DNA of 64,000 nt from the human T2T-CHM13v2.0 reference genome, Homo sapiens, in the NCBI RefSeq assembly GCF_009914755.1, contig NC_060927.1; one strand, 5' to 3'. The position numbers and the translations under genes are program-made. A model generated the notes under the pieces. That model made no database searches and had not been told where the DNA came from. It worked only from the letters and a program-made list of their open reading frames with translations. Positions 25,231 to 37,079 of the stretch are shown here, piece after piece. Positions within the stretch are counted from its first letter, which is position 1. Every line of letters begins with the position of its first letter.

Positions 25231-28200
25231 TAAATTCTTCTTAGCTTTAGTTTGGTAGGGTTTTCCCCTGGGACTATGGCCCATGACTCTGGAGGGGGCG
25301 GTGCTTTCTTGACCCGGATATGGTGAGTCCATCCTTTCTCTGCTGTGCGGACTGTGGTTTCAGTAGTTAGGAGCACTAAATAAGGACATTCCCAGGCTGG
25401 CTCAAGCTTCTCCTCTTTCCAGCTCTTGATGAAGGCGTAATCCCCAGGCTGATGTTGATGCACTGGGAACTCCAAGAGCGGTGCTTGTGCTAATAGACCT
25501 TTAGTTTTAAGAGAAGAGAAAGTAGAAGATAGACCAAGTATACAATTTTTAAGGAATTGATCTTTTGTTTCAAAGGTAGGAATATCAGCAGGGGAGTGCA
25601 AATAAGGTAATCCATAGTGCATCTCATAAGGAGAAAGACCAATATCTTTCCCTAGTGCAGTTCGAATTCTCAGCAGGGCAATAGGAAGACACTTGGTCCA
25701 TGGCAATCGAGTATCTAATACTAATTTGGTTAAGTGGTTCTTTAGAGTCTGATTCATTCTTTCTACTCTCCCTGATGAGGGTGGGTGCCAGGGCATATGG
25801 TGTTCCCATCTAATGTCTAACGTTTGGGATAGCTTTTTCATAATGTGTGTGGTGAAATGAGTTCCATGGTCTGAGTCAATATTTTCTATTAGTCCAAACC
25901 TGGATACTATATTTTCAATTAGGGTCTTAACTACATTATTTGCTGTTGCATTTGAAAAGGAGTAGCTTCGACCCAGTGAGTGAGGTGGTCTACTATCACT
26001 AGTAAATATTTTAGACGACCTATTAGAGGCATTTCTGTGTAATCAACCTGGATACTTTGGGATGGCCTTAAGCCTGGATTCCTTCCCTCTAGAGGTAATC
26101 TTTTTATAGTATGTCTATTAGTTTTCTTACATACTAAGCAACTATCTGTAACGTGTTTGGCCAGGGTATAAATTCCAATACAATCATAAACTCTGAGAAC
26201 TGCGTCACACATGGCCTGGGGCCCCCAGTGGGTCCCCTGATGTAGTTGGGAGAAGAGTTCCCTCATAAGGGGTTTAGGTAACATTTGTCTCTGGTCTAGC
26301 AGTATCCACTTTCCTTCTGAATTCTCTTTAGTGCCTATTTTTATTAGTTTCTCTACTAAATGGGGATTATGGTAGGAGGAGGGAGGTAGGGAGTTAAGTG
26401 AAAAATACACATTTCAGAAGACACAGCAGCCTGCTTGGCTACCTGATCTGCTAGGTTATTTTCTTGACTTTCAATAGAAAGGCTTTTCTGGTGTCCGGGA
26501 ACATGGACAATAGCTATTCTTCCTGCAACTGAAGATTATTCAATACTTGGGTGATCAGCTCCTTGTGAACAAAGTCTTGACCTTTACTATTAATGAGACC
26601 TCGTTCAGTCCAAATTTTCCCAAACGTATGGGCCACTCCAAAGGCATACCTGGGATCTGTATAGATAGTTCCTTCCTGGTTCTGTAAGTACTTTAAGGCT
26701 TGGCTGAGTGCAAACAGCTCACACGTTTGAGCAGACCAACTGTTGGTTGGTCAATTTTCTTGACCCTATTTCTACGAGACTTTCTCCATCAATCACTGAA
26801 TACTCGTTGTGTCTTTTTCCCTCAATCACCCGGGAGGAACCGTCTATGAATAAGTGCTGTCCAGTCCAGAAGGGGGTTTCTCCTAGGTCTGGTTGAACCT
26901 TTGTATGCTAATCAATTAAATCTAAACATGTGTGTTCTCTCCTTAGATTTGGGTTACCTGTTAGGAAACCTGCTGGGTTGAGTGAATTATCAGTGGACAA
27001 TGTTAAATCATCCTTTTCTAACAGAATGGCCTCATTCTTTAAGATTCTTGAGTCAGTAAGCCATCTCCTTGCTCTTTGGATTAAGATAGTTCTAACTTGG
27101 TGAGGCATGCTTACTGTCAGTTTCCCTCCAAAGGTTAACTTTCTGTTTCCTCGACTAGTATTGCCGTAGCCGTGATGGACTGGATGCGTTGAGGCCATCC
27201 ACAAGTGACTGGGTCTAAGACCTTTGATAGGAAGGCTACGGGCTGCCGGCGGCCTCCGTGTTCTTGACTTAGCACTCCTAAAGCTACCTCGCTGTACACA
27301 TTAACAAAAAGGTGGAATGGCTTTTCTAGGGAGGGTAAGACTAAAACAGGGGCAGTTATGAGCCTTTCCTTCAGCCTCTCGACTTGGTCAGCTTCCTCAG
27401 AAGTCCACAGGAGACAGTTAGGCTTCTCCTGGGCAAGCTTTTGATATAACAGTTTACTGTGCAGTGCATATGAGTGAATCTATAAGTGGCGGTATCCAAC
27501 TAACCTTAAAAATTTCCTGAGTTCTTGTTTAGTTTGAGGTAAGAGTAGGGACACGATTCCCTTGATTCGTTCAGGCCCTATTCTTTGCTTCCTGTGCTTA
27601 TTAAGTGACCTAAATATTTAACTTCAGGCTGTACATACTGAAGCTTTCTTTTTGAGACTTGTAGCCCCTCAAACTGCAGATGGTTAAGAATATGTGTAGA
27701 GAAGTCAGTTACCTTCTCTATGTCTTCACCAGATACAAGAATGTCGTCCATGTATTGAAGAAGGCATATTTGTTCTGGAATGACAACTTTTTCTAGTACT
27801 TGTTCTAAAATTTGGCCAAAAAGATTAGGGGAGTCTATGAACCCTTGGAGCAAGACTGTCCATCGATATTGTTGTTTCTACCCTGAGTAGGGATCCTCCC
27901 ACTCAAAAGTAAATATATCTCAGCTATCTTCAGCCAGGAGACATGCTTGAAAAGCATCCTTGAAATCTATTACGGTAAACCATTGATGATTATATGGAAT
28001 CTTGCTAAGAATAGTGTAAGGATTGGGGACAACGGGGTGGGTAGTCTGGACTATTTGGTTGATAGCTCTAAGGTCCTCTACTAGCCAGTATGACATGTCT
28101 GATTTCTTGACCGGCAGTATTGGGGTATTATAAGGGGACATACAGGGCTTGAGAAGCCCATCCTTAATAAGGCCTTTGATTATAGGTTTCAACCCTATCC

Positions 28201-28715
28201 TACCTTCTAGGGGAAAAGGGTATTGCTTCCTTCATACTACTTCTCTCGGGGTTTTTAGCTTGAGGGATAGGAGGAACTTGGAGTTTCCCTCAGTTTCCTT
28301 CTTTGAACCAGACATTAGTATTAATATATTTTTCATCTGCAGTGGTGAGTAGGTTTAATGAGGTAAGGAATCCTCTTGGGCTGACTTGTACACCTATGCC
28401 GAACTTTAACATTAAATCCCTCCCCAGTAAATTACTTCCTGCTTCAGAGATTAACAAGAACAGAATATGACCTGAGCAATCCTGGTATCTAACTTCTGTG
28501 CTTTGTAAAATTTTTCTCTAAATCCTTCCCCTTTTACCCTGGAGACTAAAAGTTCCTCTGAGGAGGAGACAACATTACATGGGGGGAAACAAACAGAGGA
28601 GCGAGCAGCCCCTGAATTGACTAAAAAGGTGATAAGCTCATGTTTGGTCCCACCTCCAAATTTATCAAGGGCTCCTGGTGGGACTCAAGATAAAAGAGAC
28701 AGAGCCCCTGACCCC
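25230..28715 (-). pseudogene. pol: pro-pol remnant (protease, RT, RNase H, integrase) with stops and frameshifts
   Basis: Protease FLVNSGA (catalytic Asp read as Asn, ~28616), RT SPYNTPILPVKK and LQYMDD, integrase HQGTHWG..C..C, QVDYTEMP, SSGRVERMN. Confidence 0.92.
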
Positions 28716-30410
28716 CCATTCTTCCTCGAAAGTCATGAGTGGAAGGGCTTCTTTCTCCTTTCTTAGTTCAGGACATCCTCTCTTGAAGTGGCCTATTCTT
28801 CCACATCTCTAGCCCCTATCTTGTCCTTTCTCCTTCTTAGTTCTGGGATTCTTTAACCTTGCTCCCCTATACTCTTTAGGGGGCCTGGTAGACGAGGACT
28901 TTTGTCCTCCAGATGGAGGCTGGGTCCTTTAAGAGAGGGTTCAGACCCTTTATAGTTTCTGGCTCTCTAGAAGCTCTGTCTAGAAGTACCTGGGTTTGGA
29001 GCCATCTGTTGGAAGGTGGAAAACATAAGTTTTGTCTTTTGTTTCTGTTTTCCTTCGTCCCTTTTCATGTATACTTTCTGAGCTTCCCTGAGAAGCTCAC
29101 TTAGAGGATGGTCTATCTTTTGTAACTTTTTTGAAATGTCTGGCCAACTTTTAGTGACAAATTGGAGTTTCAACATTCTTTGCCCAAGGGCATCATCCAC
29201 ATTGAGGCTTGCATATTGCCTCATTTGCTCCCTCAGTCTGTCTAGGAATCTCATAGGCCCTTCATCCTTTTCCTGTTGTATATCAAGTGCTTTAGAAAGA
29301 TTTCGGGTTCGGGGTACTGATTCCCAAACTCCTTTTATTATCATCTCCCTTAGGTCCTGCATATATTCCCGGTGATCTGTGTTGTTATTGTCCCACCTGG
29401 GGTCTCAGGCGGGGAATTTCTGGTCTGCATAGGAACGTTTCACCGGGAGGGTGCTCATGTTCCCAAACTACCATAGCAGCCCTACAAATCATATTCCTTT
29501 CTTCCCCTGAAAAGAGGATGCCCAAGATGGACATTAACTCGACCTAAGTGTATAACTGAGGTCCTAAGTATTGGTTAATTTGGTCTGCCACTCTGTAAGA
29601 GTCATCTAGTTGTGGTTTAAACTCCTTTTTAAAATTCTGGACTTCTGAACTGGTTAGGGGAGCATTTACAAAGCCAATGCCTGCCCCCGCCTTGTGGTAC
29701 CTCTTTCAAAGGGAAGAGCATTGGGGCTCACCTGTTAGGTACAGAGGGAAATGGGAAATTCTGAATATCTTTTTTATATTGTTCTACCTCACGCTGGAGT
29801 CCTTTTAGAGAGGGGTATTTAAGTTGGGAGGGAACAGGCTGGTGGGGTTGTAATTCCCAAGAGTCAGGGGTATAAGGAGAGGGATAACGTGAGTAGAGGG
29901 GCAATTTGGAATGGAATCTGAGGCAGCAGTGGCTGTCTGAGGGGAAAGATTGGGGATTCTGAACAGAGGAAGATAGTCTAGGGGATCCCATGTGCTGGAA
30001 TCTTTAGGCATGAGAGCTGGCTCCTCTGACTTTTCATTTTGAGGTGCCAGATTGGGTTCTTCCCTATTTGTTTTTAAGGGAAAAAGGAGGGCAGGTCCTT
30101 GTCTCCAACAAAGGACATAACCTAGTTCTTCTTGAGACACTGGACTTTTTTCATTAACATATCAGATTAGAAGCTGACACATTACATCCTCATTCGACCC
30201 AAACTTTGGCCCGAAGATTGAGGGTTTGAGGATGGGTCCCTGAGTCCAAATAAAACAATAATATTTTATCATTTGTTGCTTTTTCCTATGTTTAGTCCTT
30301 TCATTATCCTTCCAGTGTTTTAGCATGAGACCTAGGGGTCTATCCGAGGGGATATCTTTGTTACCATCTTTATCCCCCTTGCTCCCTGTCTTGCTTGGGG
30401 TATTTCCCAT
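28716..30410 (-). pseudogene. gag: gag remnant
   Basis: MGNTPSK myristoylation-type start at 30410, MHR-like IQQEKDEGPMRFLDRLREQM, CCHC-knuckle remnant RCGRIGHFKRGC near 28770-28815. Confidence 0.88.
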
Positions 30411-30901
30411 CTTGATGGTTTTGGGGTAAGGTTCAAGGTTCAATTTCCCTTACTGGAAATTTCTCACCTTTTGGGGTGAGGCTCAGTTTCCCCACTGGAA
30501 ATTTATTGCCTTTTCTACTACTGGAGGTTTGTGTGAGGTTCAGTTCCCCCCAGTAGGGATGTCTTACCGCTTTTTAACCTCTAAGCCACCCTGACCAAGG
30601 AATACTTCTCCGCCCCTGCCGCAGCTTTCTTATCTTGGTCCTGATCACCAAGGAAATATTTTACAGGCTCTCGTGGCTTCTCCTTCCTTGGTCTGTGCAC
30701 AGAGTCGTTGCCACAGTATGTGAGGATCTTTTAAGCTAGGTTGCTGGCCAGTTTTTTGTTTTTTTTGTTTTTTTTTTTCATTGCTGAGAGCTCGGGTTAT
30801 TCCTGGCACTGGGTGGGTTCTGATTTCTCCCTGTTGAGGCTGCCACAAGGGGCGGGGCATGCACCAGAGAGAACCAGAGGCTGCCCTCAGAGGGGAACAT
30901 A

Positions 30902-30919
30902 ATCCTGAATGAGCCCCCA
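30902..30919 (-). promoter_or_regulatory. Primer-binding site, tRNA-Pro type
   Basis: Minus strand tgggggctcattcaggat versus canonical TGGGGGCTCGTCCGGGAT (3 mismatches, all transitions). Confidence 0.85.
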
Positions 30920-30921
30920 AA

Positions 30922-31410
30922 TTTTGGTGCCACAAAAGAAATAGCACTCGAATATAAAATTTTCTTTTAATTCTCAGCAAGGCCAGGTACTTCTATAGAA
31001 GGGTGGGCCCTTACAGGTGGGGCAATGGTGAGCACGCACCTGGACAAGCCAGGGAAAGGGGTTCTAATCCCTGAGGCACGTGGCCCTTGCTGCTGTGTTG
31101 TTCCCCTGTTGGCTAGGGTTAGACTGCACAGGCTAAACTAATTCCGATTGGCTAATTTAAAGAGAATGATGGGGTGAGCCCTTTGGCGGGAAAAAAATGG
31201 TTATGCAGAGTGGAGAATGAGTTAGGGCAGAGCAGGTAGCAGGTAATCAGAATGAGTCAGGGTGGAGCAGGTGGTCGGAATGAGTCAGGGTGGAGTAGGT
31301 ATTGAAAAAGGTTGCTTTACAAGGAAGTTAAGTTTAAAAGTAGAAGGCAAAGAATTGAACATACTGACATATTAATTCTTTGAAGAGAAATTTAGAATTC
31401 ATATTTAACA
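30922..31410 (-). promoter_or_regulatory. 5' LTR (LTR10F), ~489 bp; shorter VNTR and U5 terminus missing
   Basis: Homologous to 22661-23218. TGAGTCA at 31253 and 31281. Lacks the terminal tgttatatataaa. Confidence 0.9.
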
Positions 31411-32233
31411 ACCTAGCTTGTGGACATGCCTTCTCCTGAACTCTCTCTGTTTCTCTTTACCTGTTCCCATCGTCCAGCTTGTAGGCAAAGGAAGACTTGC
31501 TGAGGCTTCCAAGTGAAAGATATTGGCACATTTTACAAAGACCATTGGACTATCACTTGAAACACTTTGCTCCTTTGCTGTCCTGAGAGCAAGCACATTG
31601 GTGCTTGCGGGAAGTGTCTTGGGGAGTTAAGCACCAGCTCACAGAGATGGTGAGGTGTATTTCAGAACCCAAGCTTCTGCCAGGGAGCATATAGATTTTG
31701 TTATTTCAATATTAGCAGCTTACTCTCCATGGGTTTTATTGCATAAATTTCAGGAGGGAGTGTTTTCTTGACTGACACCTTAGAAGCACTCTTTGTAGCA
31801 AAGTCACAAACATTTCCAGATCTTGCTGGGCATAGAGATGGCTGCACCACTGGAGACAATCTATTGGTGTCACTTGACAGAGTGTGAGAGGTCAGGTAGG
31901 GGTGAACAGCATTGTCTGCACACCAAGTGGGAACATTATCTGCTCTGTGGGGAGGCCCATCATGCTTGGCCTGCTCAGGAGGAAGACTGACACATGTGGG
32001 TCATTCCGTGGTGCCTTTTCTCCTTCACAGTGAAAAGAAGGCCTGACACTTCCAGAGGAAAATGACACTGAAAGCACTCAGGCAGAGGAGGGGAAAACAT
32101 GACCATGCTTTCTGGAAAACCCTTTCTTCATGCACTCATGCCAATCATTGTTTTATCCAACTTAGCTAATCCATTTCTAATTTTTTGTTCCTTAATAAAA
32201 GAAAAACAATTCAACTGTCACTTACTGAATTCT

Positions 32234-32362
32234 TTTTAAAAAAACTTTTATTTTAGGTTGAGGGTTACACGTGCAGGTTTGTTATATAGGTAAACTGCAT
32301 GTCACGGGGGTTTGGTGTACAGATTATTTCATCACCCAGGTAATAAGCATAATACCCAATAG
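32234..32362 (-). mobile_element. Short L1PA 3'-end insertion
   Basis: acttttattttaggttgagggttacacgtgcaggtttgttatataggtaaac; TSD-like gaattct on both sides. Confidence 0.75.
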
Positions 32363-32399
32363 TATGTGTTATTTATCGAATTCTCACTGTGTGCTAGGA

Positions 32400-33240
32400 C
32401 CAGTAGTGTGCTGAAGATGGCTTGGACAGGCTCACGAGAAGCTTAATTGTTCAATTTGCAGGAATTTTGCAAGACAGCTGTTAAACACAGCCATTATTAA
32501 AATTCAATTATATTACCTTACACTTAAAAACAAAGGCAATAAATTCAACTTATCATATTCTAATTATTTTACTCTTATTTATGCTCTTGAAGTTATTCGT
32601 GTCTATTGTGTCTGTATGTTGGAGCTACTGAATGATAACTAGCTACTGTGTATCTCCTGTCACACTGGTGGCTTGAAATTGTTCATGTTGGGAGTATTTA
32701 CACCACAGAAATCAGCAAATGCTACAAATTCAAGTTTGGTTTATTGTTTTGTTGATTGTTTAGACTTAAAAAATGATGGAGAAAATGTCAGTAATTAAAA
32801 GTAATAGCAAAAACCGCAATAACTTGCACCAACCTAATATGAACAGCACAAAAATTTGAGAAAATGTTCTTCCAGTATTTAAGACTATTACCTGATTCAG
32901 CAAACTAATTATAGTTACTCATGTCATTGACCAATGAGTGAAGTTCTGATGTACATTTTTGTCTCATTTTTATCTTATTAATACGAACAAAAATATCAAC
33001 CAACATATCTGTCACAGCTACACTCATTTGTCAGTTGCAACCATAGATTGGCTATGGATACAAGAGTTCAGCAAAATCATTGAAAGCATTTTATGAGAAT
33101 TCATTGGCTAAATGGAATTTACAATAATAAGTATTATATATTTCATTATTTTTGTAAATTGTGTACACATTCTATTAGTATAATTTATATAAATATATAT
33201 ACATATGCACACATTTTGAGAGGGAGAGCGAATTGTAACT
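32400..33240 (+). mobile_element. MER63 (hAT-Blackjack) DNA transposon relic
   Basis: Start ccagtagtgtgctg...gcaggaattttgcaagacagctgttaaacacagccattattaaaa; homologous to 53243-53670. Confidence 0.75.
32795..32838. mobile_element. MADE1 (mariner MITE) half, nested in MER63
   Basis: ttaaaagtaatagcaaaaaccgcaataacttgcaccaacctaata matches the Hsmar1/MADE1 terminal inverted repeat. Confidence 0.8.
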
Positions 33241-34419
33241 ATTAGCTGTTATTTACTCTGCCATGAATATACTTCCCTATTTATCTCACCCTCCAAGACC
33301 CAATTCAGGGACAAATCTATCCCTTCTTTGGGGTTCTTTGTCATAGCCCTTGTTCACAATGCATTAGGGTTCTGTGAAGTTCCTTCTCCTTCCTAGAACA
33401 AATACAGTTGAAGGGCAGGGGCTTTGAATTACTCAGTTCTGAACATCTGGAGCTGAGTTCCATGCTTGGTACATAGGAGGTACCCAAAGGTGTTGGTTAA
33501 AAGAAACAGTGAGAGTCTTGAAGGCAGTGGGTGGGGAAGAAAAAAAAGAAAAGGAGGAAGTCACATACTTAGAAAAGGCACAATGGTCAGTACTATACAT
33601 CATCTTTTAAAATTTAAATCTTCTTAAGGTTCCTAAAGGTCCGTATAAAATACAGCAAGCTTTGATTTCCAATACCACAACCCATAAAAGCCCTTGATGG
33701 AGTAGATTTGTCTGGGGGTTCCATGTGTTTAGAGGAACAAGACGAGTCACCTGGTAATCATATCATTCCCAGTATTTGACATGTGTCTTGGGTGATGCAC
33801 AGTGGCCAATCCTTCCTGTTTCCTTTATAACATTCATTGAATAATTCCTTGAATGTGGCAGGCACTGGATTTTCCATGCATCATATGTGAGGGAAGTGAC
33901 AGTGGAACATCAAAAGCCCAGGAGAACTTACTCTCCTTCCAGCCCTTGCATCCTCCTGTGTGCCCTGGCTGCAGGCTCCTCCCCACATCCTTTTGGAGGG
34001 AACTGGATACCAGTCCTCTAGTTGGGAAGTATTTTCAGTTTTAAAACCCAGTCATTATTGACTGGCTGGCTGAGTTTCCTGTTCAAAAAGTGCACAATCA
34101 CCCATCTCCCCAAAATATACGTCCAGCCAAGGATCAGATTTCCCTCAGCTGGCCAGCCACTTTTCTAAGATGAGCAGTTGCCAACAAACAAGCTTGGAAG
34201 CAAGCAAACAGTTGTCTTTTCTCCCTCACTACCTCTCTCCCGTCAGTCATAACCTCCAAGAAAGGTCAGCTGGGACCTGTCCAGCCTCCAGCCACAGCCT
34301 AGCACAGGGTAGACATGTCAAACAAAACAGGAAAAATAATTTACCTTGCCCTTGTCCTTTCCCTCAAGTTTTATTTTTATTTGCCATTGACTTGAGAGAG
34401 CCCACAATAAGAAAAAGAA

Positions 34420-35450
34420 ATCAAGCCTAGATCATTGTCTCTTCCCTGGACTGTTGAACTAGACTCTGCTTTTGTCCTGGCCTCCTGCAAATCTTTTTTT
34501 TTTTTTTTTTTTTGAGCCTCGCTCTTTAGCTCAGGCTGGAGTGCAGTGGCGCGATCTCAGCTCACTGCAACCTTCCGCCTCCTGGGTTCAAGCAATTCTC
34601 CTGCAATTCTCCTGCCTCAGCCTCCTGAGTAGCTGGGATTACAGGTGCATACCATCATGCCTGGCTAATTTTTGTATTTTTAGTGGAGATGGGGTTTCAC
34701 CATATTGGTCAGGCTGGTCTTGAACTCCTGACCTTGTGATCTGCCTGCCTTGGCCTCCCAAAGTGCTAGGATTACAGGTGTGAGCCACTGCGCCCGGCCT
34801 CAAATCTATTCTTAATTCAGAGGCTAGAGGGATTCTGTTAAAAGGTACATCAGAAAATGCCATTCTTTTGCTCAGAACTCTCCAGTGGCTCTCCCTTCCA
34901 CCAGAGGTAAAGCCAAAGCCTTCCAATGGCTAAAGGCTCTACATGATCAGCTCCTATCCCCCCAGCCCTTTATATATCTCATTTCCTACTATTCACTCCC
35001 TCCCTCATTCCTCAGCAGACACAATAATCTTGTTGTTCTTTGAACTCATCAGGCACCTCTCGCCTCAAGGCCTTTCCCCTCATTGTTTATCTGCCAAAGA
35101 CACTCTCCCCCCGATATCCATGTGGCTCACTCGCTCACCTCCTTCATATCTGTGCAAACATCACCTTCTCAGCGAGGTCCACCCTGGCATGTATGGTACT
35201 ATGCAGTGCTGCAAACTGCCTTCTTCCTCTCTATTGCTGTTCCTCGTCATCCTGTTCTATTATTTCCATAGAATGCATCATCTTCTAGCATAACATATAA
35301 TTTATATATTTATCATATTTATAGTTTGTCCCTCCCAAGTAGAAATGTAAGCAGTAAGAGGACATAGATTTTTGTCTTTTGTGCCTATTTTGTCTAGAAT
35401 AGTGCATGGCATATAATAGGAAGTCAATAAATATTTGTTTAATGAAGTAT
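34420..35450 (+). mobile_element. L2 3' fragment interrupted by an Alu
   Basis: ctcagaactctccagtggctctccc...; 3' end gtcaataaatatttgtttaatgaa. Confidence 0.7.
34494..34799 (-). mobile_element. AluS (Sg-like) with an 11-bp internal duplication (gcaattctcct x2)
   Basis: PolyT, full dimer, TSD caaatct. Confidence 0.9.
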
Positions 35451-36124
35451 ATTCCATTTAAGACAAAGAATCTGAGGCTGACTCTAAGTCACAAACATTA
35501 TTGAGGCATTTTGGAGTAGACATCAGTTTCCTCCATGCTAGAAGCCACATTCATCAGCTAATCCTTGCTTCCCTTTCATTGACAGTGGGACTCAGGGGAG
35601 AAAGTTCCAGGGAGTTCACTGCAGAGCCAAGTAGATAGATAGCATTGGAATTTTCCTGCATTTACTTTTTCATCAAGGTCAAGAAGACCACGTGAAAACT
35701 CTAAAATGTGGTTTTTCAGTTAAATACATTGTCTTGAAAATGCCCTTTTGTTTGCATGATACTATATTCATGTGTCAAAACTTACAGAATAACTCTCAAG
35801 CAAGGAATTGGTGGTGGTGGTGGTGGAGACGGGGAGAGGGAGGTGCAGTTGAAGAGAAGGAATTTAGAAACATTGGCTTATTCATGTGAGCTGCTCTATT
35901 AATAAAGCCAGTGCCCCCTTTATAACAGGGAGCCCTGGGAAACCAAATAGAAAACTCCTGTTTTTAAGAGACAGACTAATTGAGTCATCGTCTCTGAATT
36001 CCCTCTCTGCTACTTCTCACTCAGACTGCTGATGATTTTATTTTTAATTTATCTAAGGGGGCTATGAGTCATTATTGAGATTAGTTTCCATAAGGTCCTC
36101 TATCACTAAACACTGTAACAACCT

Positions 36125-36610
36125 GCAGTAGTTATCTATTGCATAATAAATTACCCCAAACTTATTTGGTTAAGATAACAACCGTTTAATTTGCCTGCGA
36201 TTCCATGGGTCAGGACTTTAGAATCCATTTAATCAGCTTACAATTCTGTAGGTCACAAATTCAGGGCTTGGCTGGGTGGTCTTTCTGCTCCAGGTGATGT
36301 CAGCTGGGATCATTCATTTGGCTGCATTCAGCTAGTGGCTGTGCTCAGCTCTAAGTTTGGCCTCATGCACATCTCTGCTGCTTCTGCGTTCTTGGGTTCC
36401 TCCATATGGCCTTGCTTTCTCCAGGGACTTGGGCTCCCTCACAGCATGGTGGTCTTAAGGTGCAGCCATGGAACTTGCACAGCAGTAACATTTCTACCAT
36501 ATTTGATTGGTCAAAACTGGGCCAAAGCCAGCCTATATTCAAGGGGAGGGGATTCTACCTCTCACTGAAAGGAGGGGCAAAGACTTGATGACTGTATTTA
36601 ATCCATTACA
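36125..36610 (-). mobile_element. Old MLT1 LTR
   Basis: agttatctattgcataataaattaccccaaactta..., typical MLT1 terminus. Confidence 0.6.
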
Positions 36611-37079
36611 TAATCAAATACAGGCAGTCAGTCTCCACTTTCAGTTGTGCTTTATCTCACCTCTCTGCTTAATAAAAGATGCAAATAAAATATGTAAAAA
36701 AAGTTGTATTCAAGGAACCTTGAGCATATAAGTGCCCAAAATATGCACCTCACTATTTATAAATGCTCCCACTTTAGTCAAGCATTCACTGTAGGAATTT
36801 CTCTGCCTCCAACTCTGTCCCTGAAGAGGTATTATTTCTGCTTGGAACCAGTCTGTCTTGCCACAGAAGTTGCTCCCCAAATTCTCGGTTCTCATCATCA
36901 TAAATCCCTTATCGCCAAACTTCCACCATCCCCGTTGTTTCTGCTTCTTCTGGGAGCTTGGAGCCCTGGTACATCTTTTAAAATGCTATAATTATTATAA
37001 ATGCAAAGAAGGAGAAAATTTGGTTCTCACTGAGTAGCTCCTATGGGCTCTGATTGTGACATGGAATTAAGTTTCCTGT

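Larger units (their letters stand above)
22661..31410 (-). mobile_element. Full-length defective HERV-IP10F (LTR10F) gamma-like provirus, 8750 bp
   Basis: Two LTRs, 5-bp TSD accta (22656-22660 / 31411-31415), tRNA-Pro PBS, PPT, and gag-pro-pol-env remnants in correct order. Confidence 0.93.

Noticed and set aside
25230-25841. 203-aa integrase C-terminal ORF as a functional protein
   Set aside because: It is separated by a frameshift from the HHCC domain and first catalytic residues. It is a decayed pol fragment.
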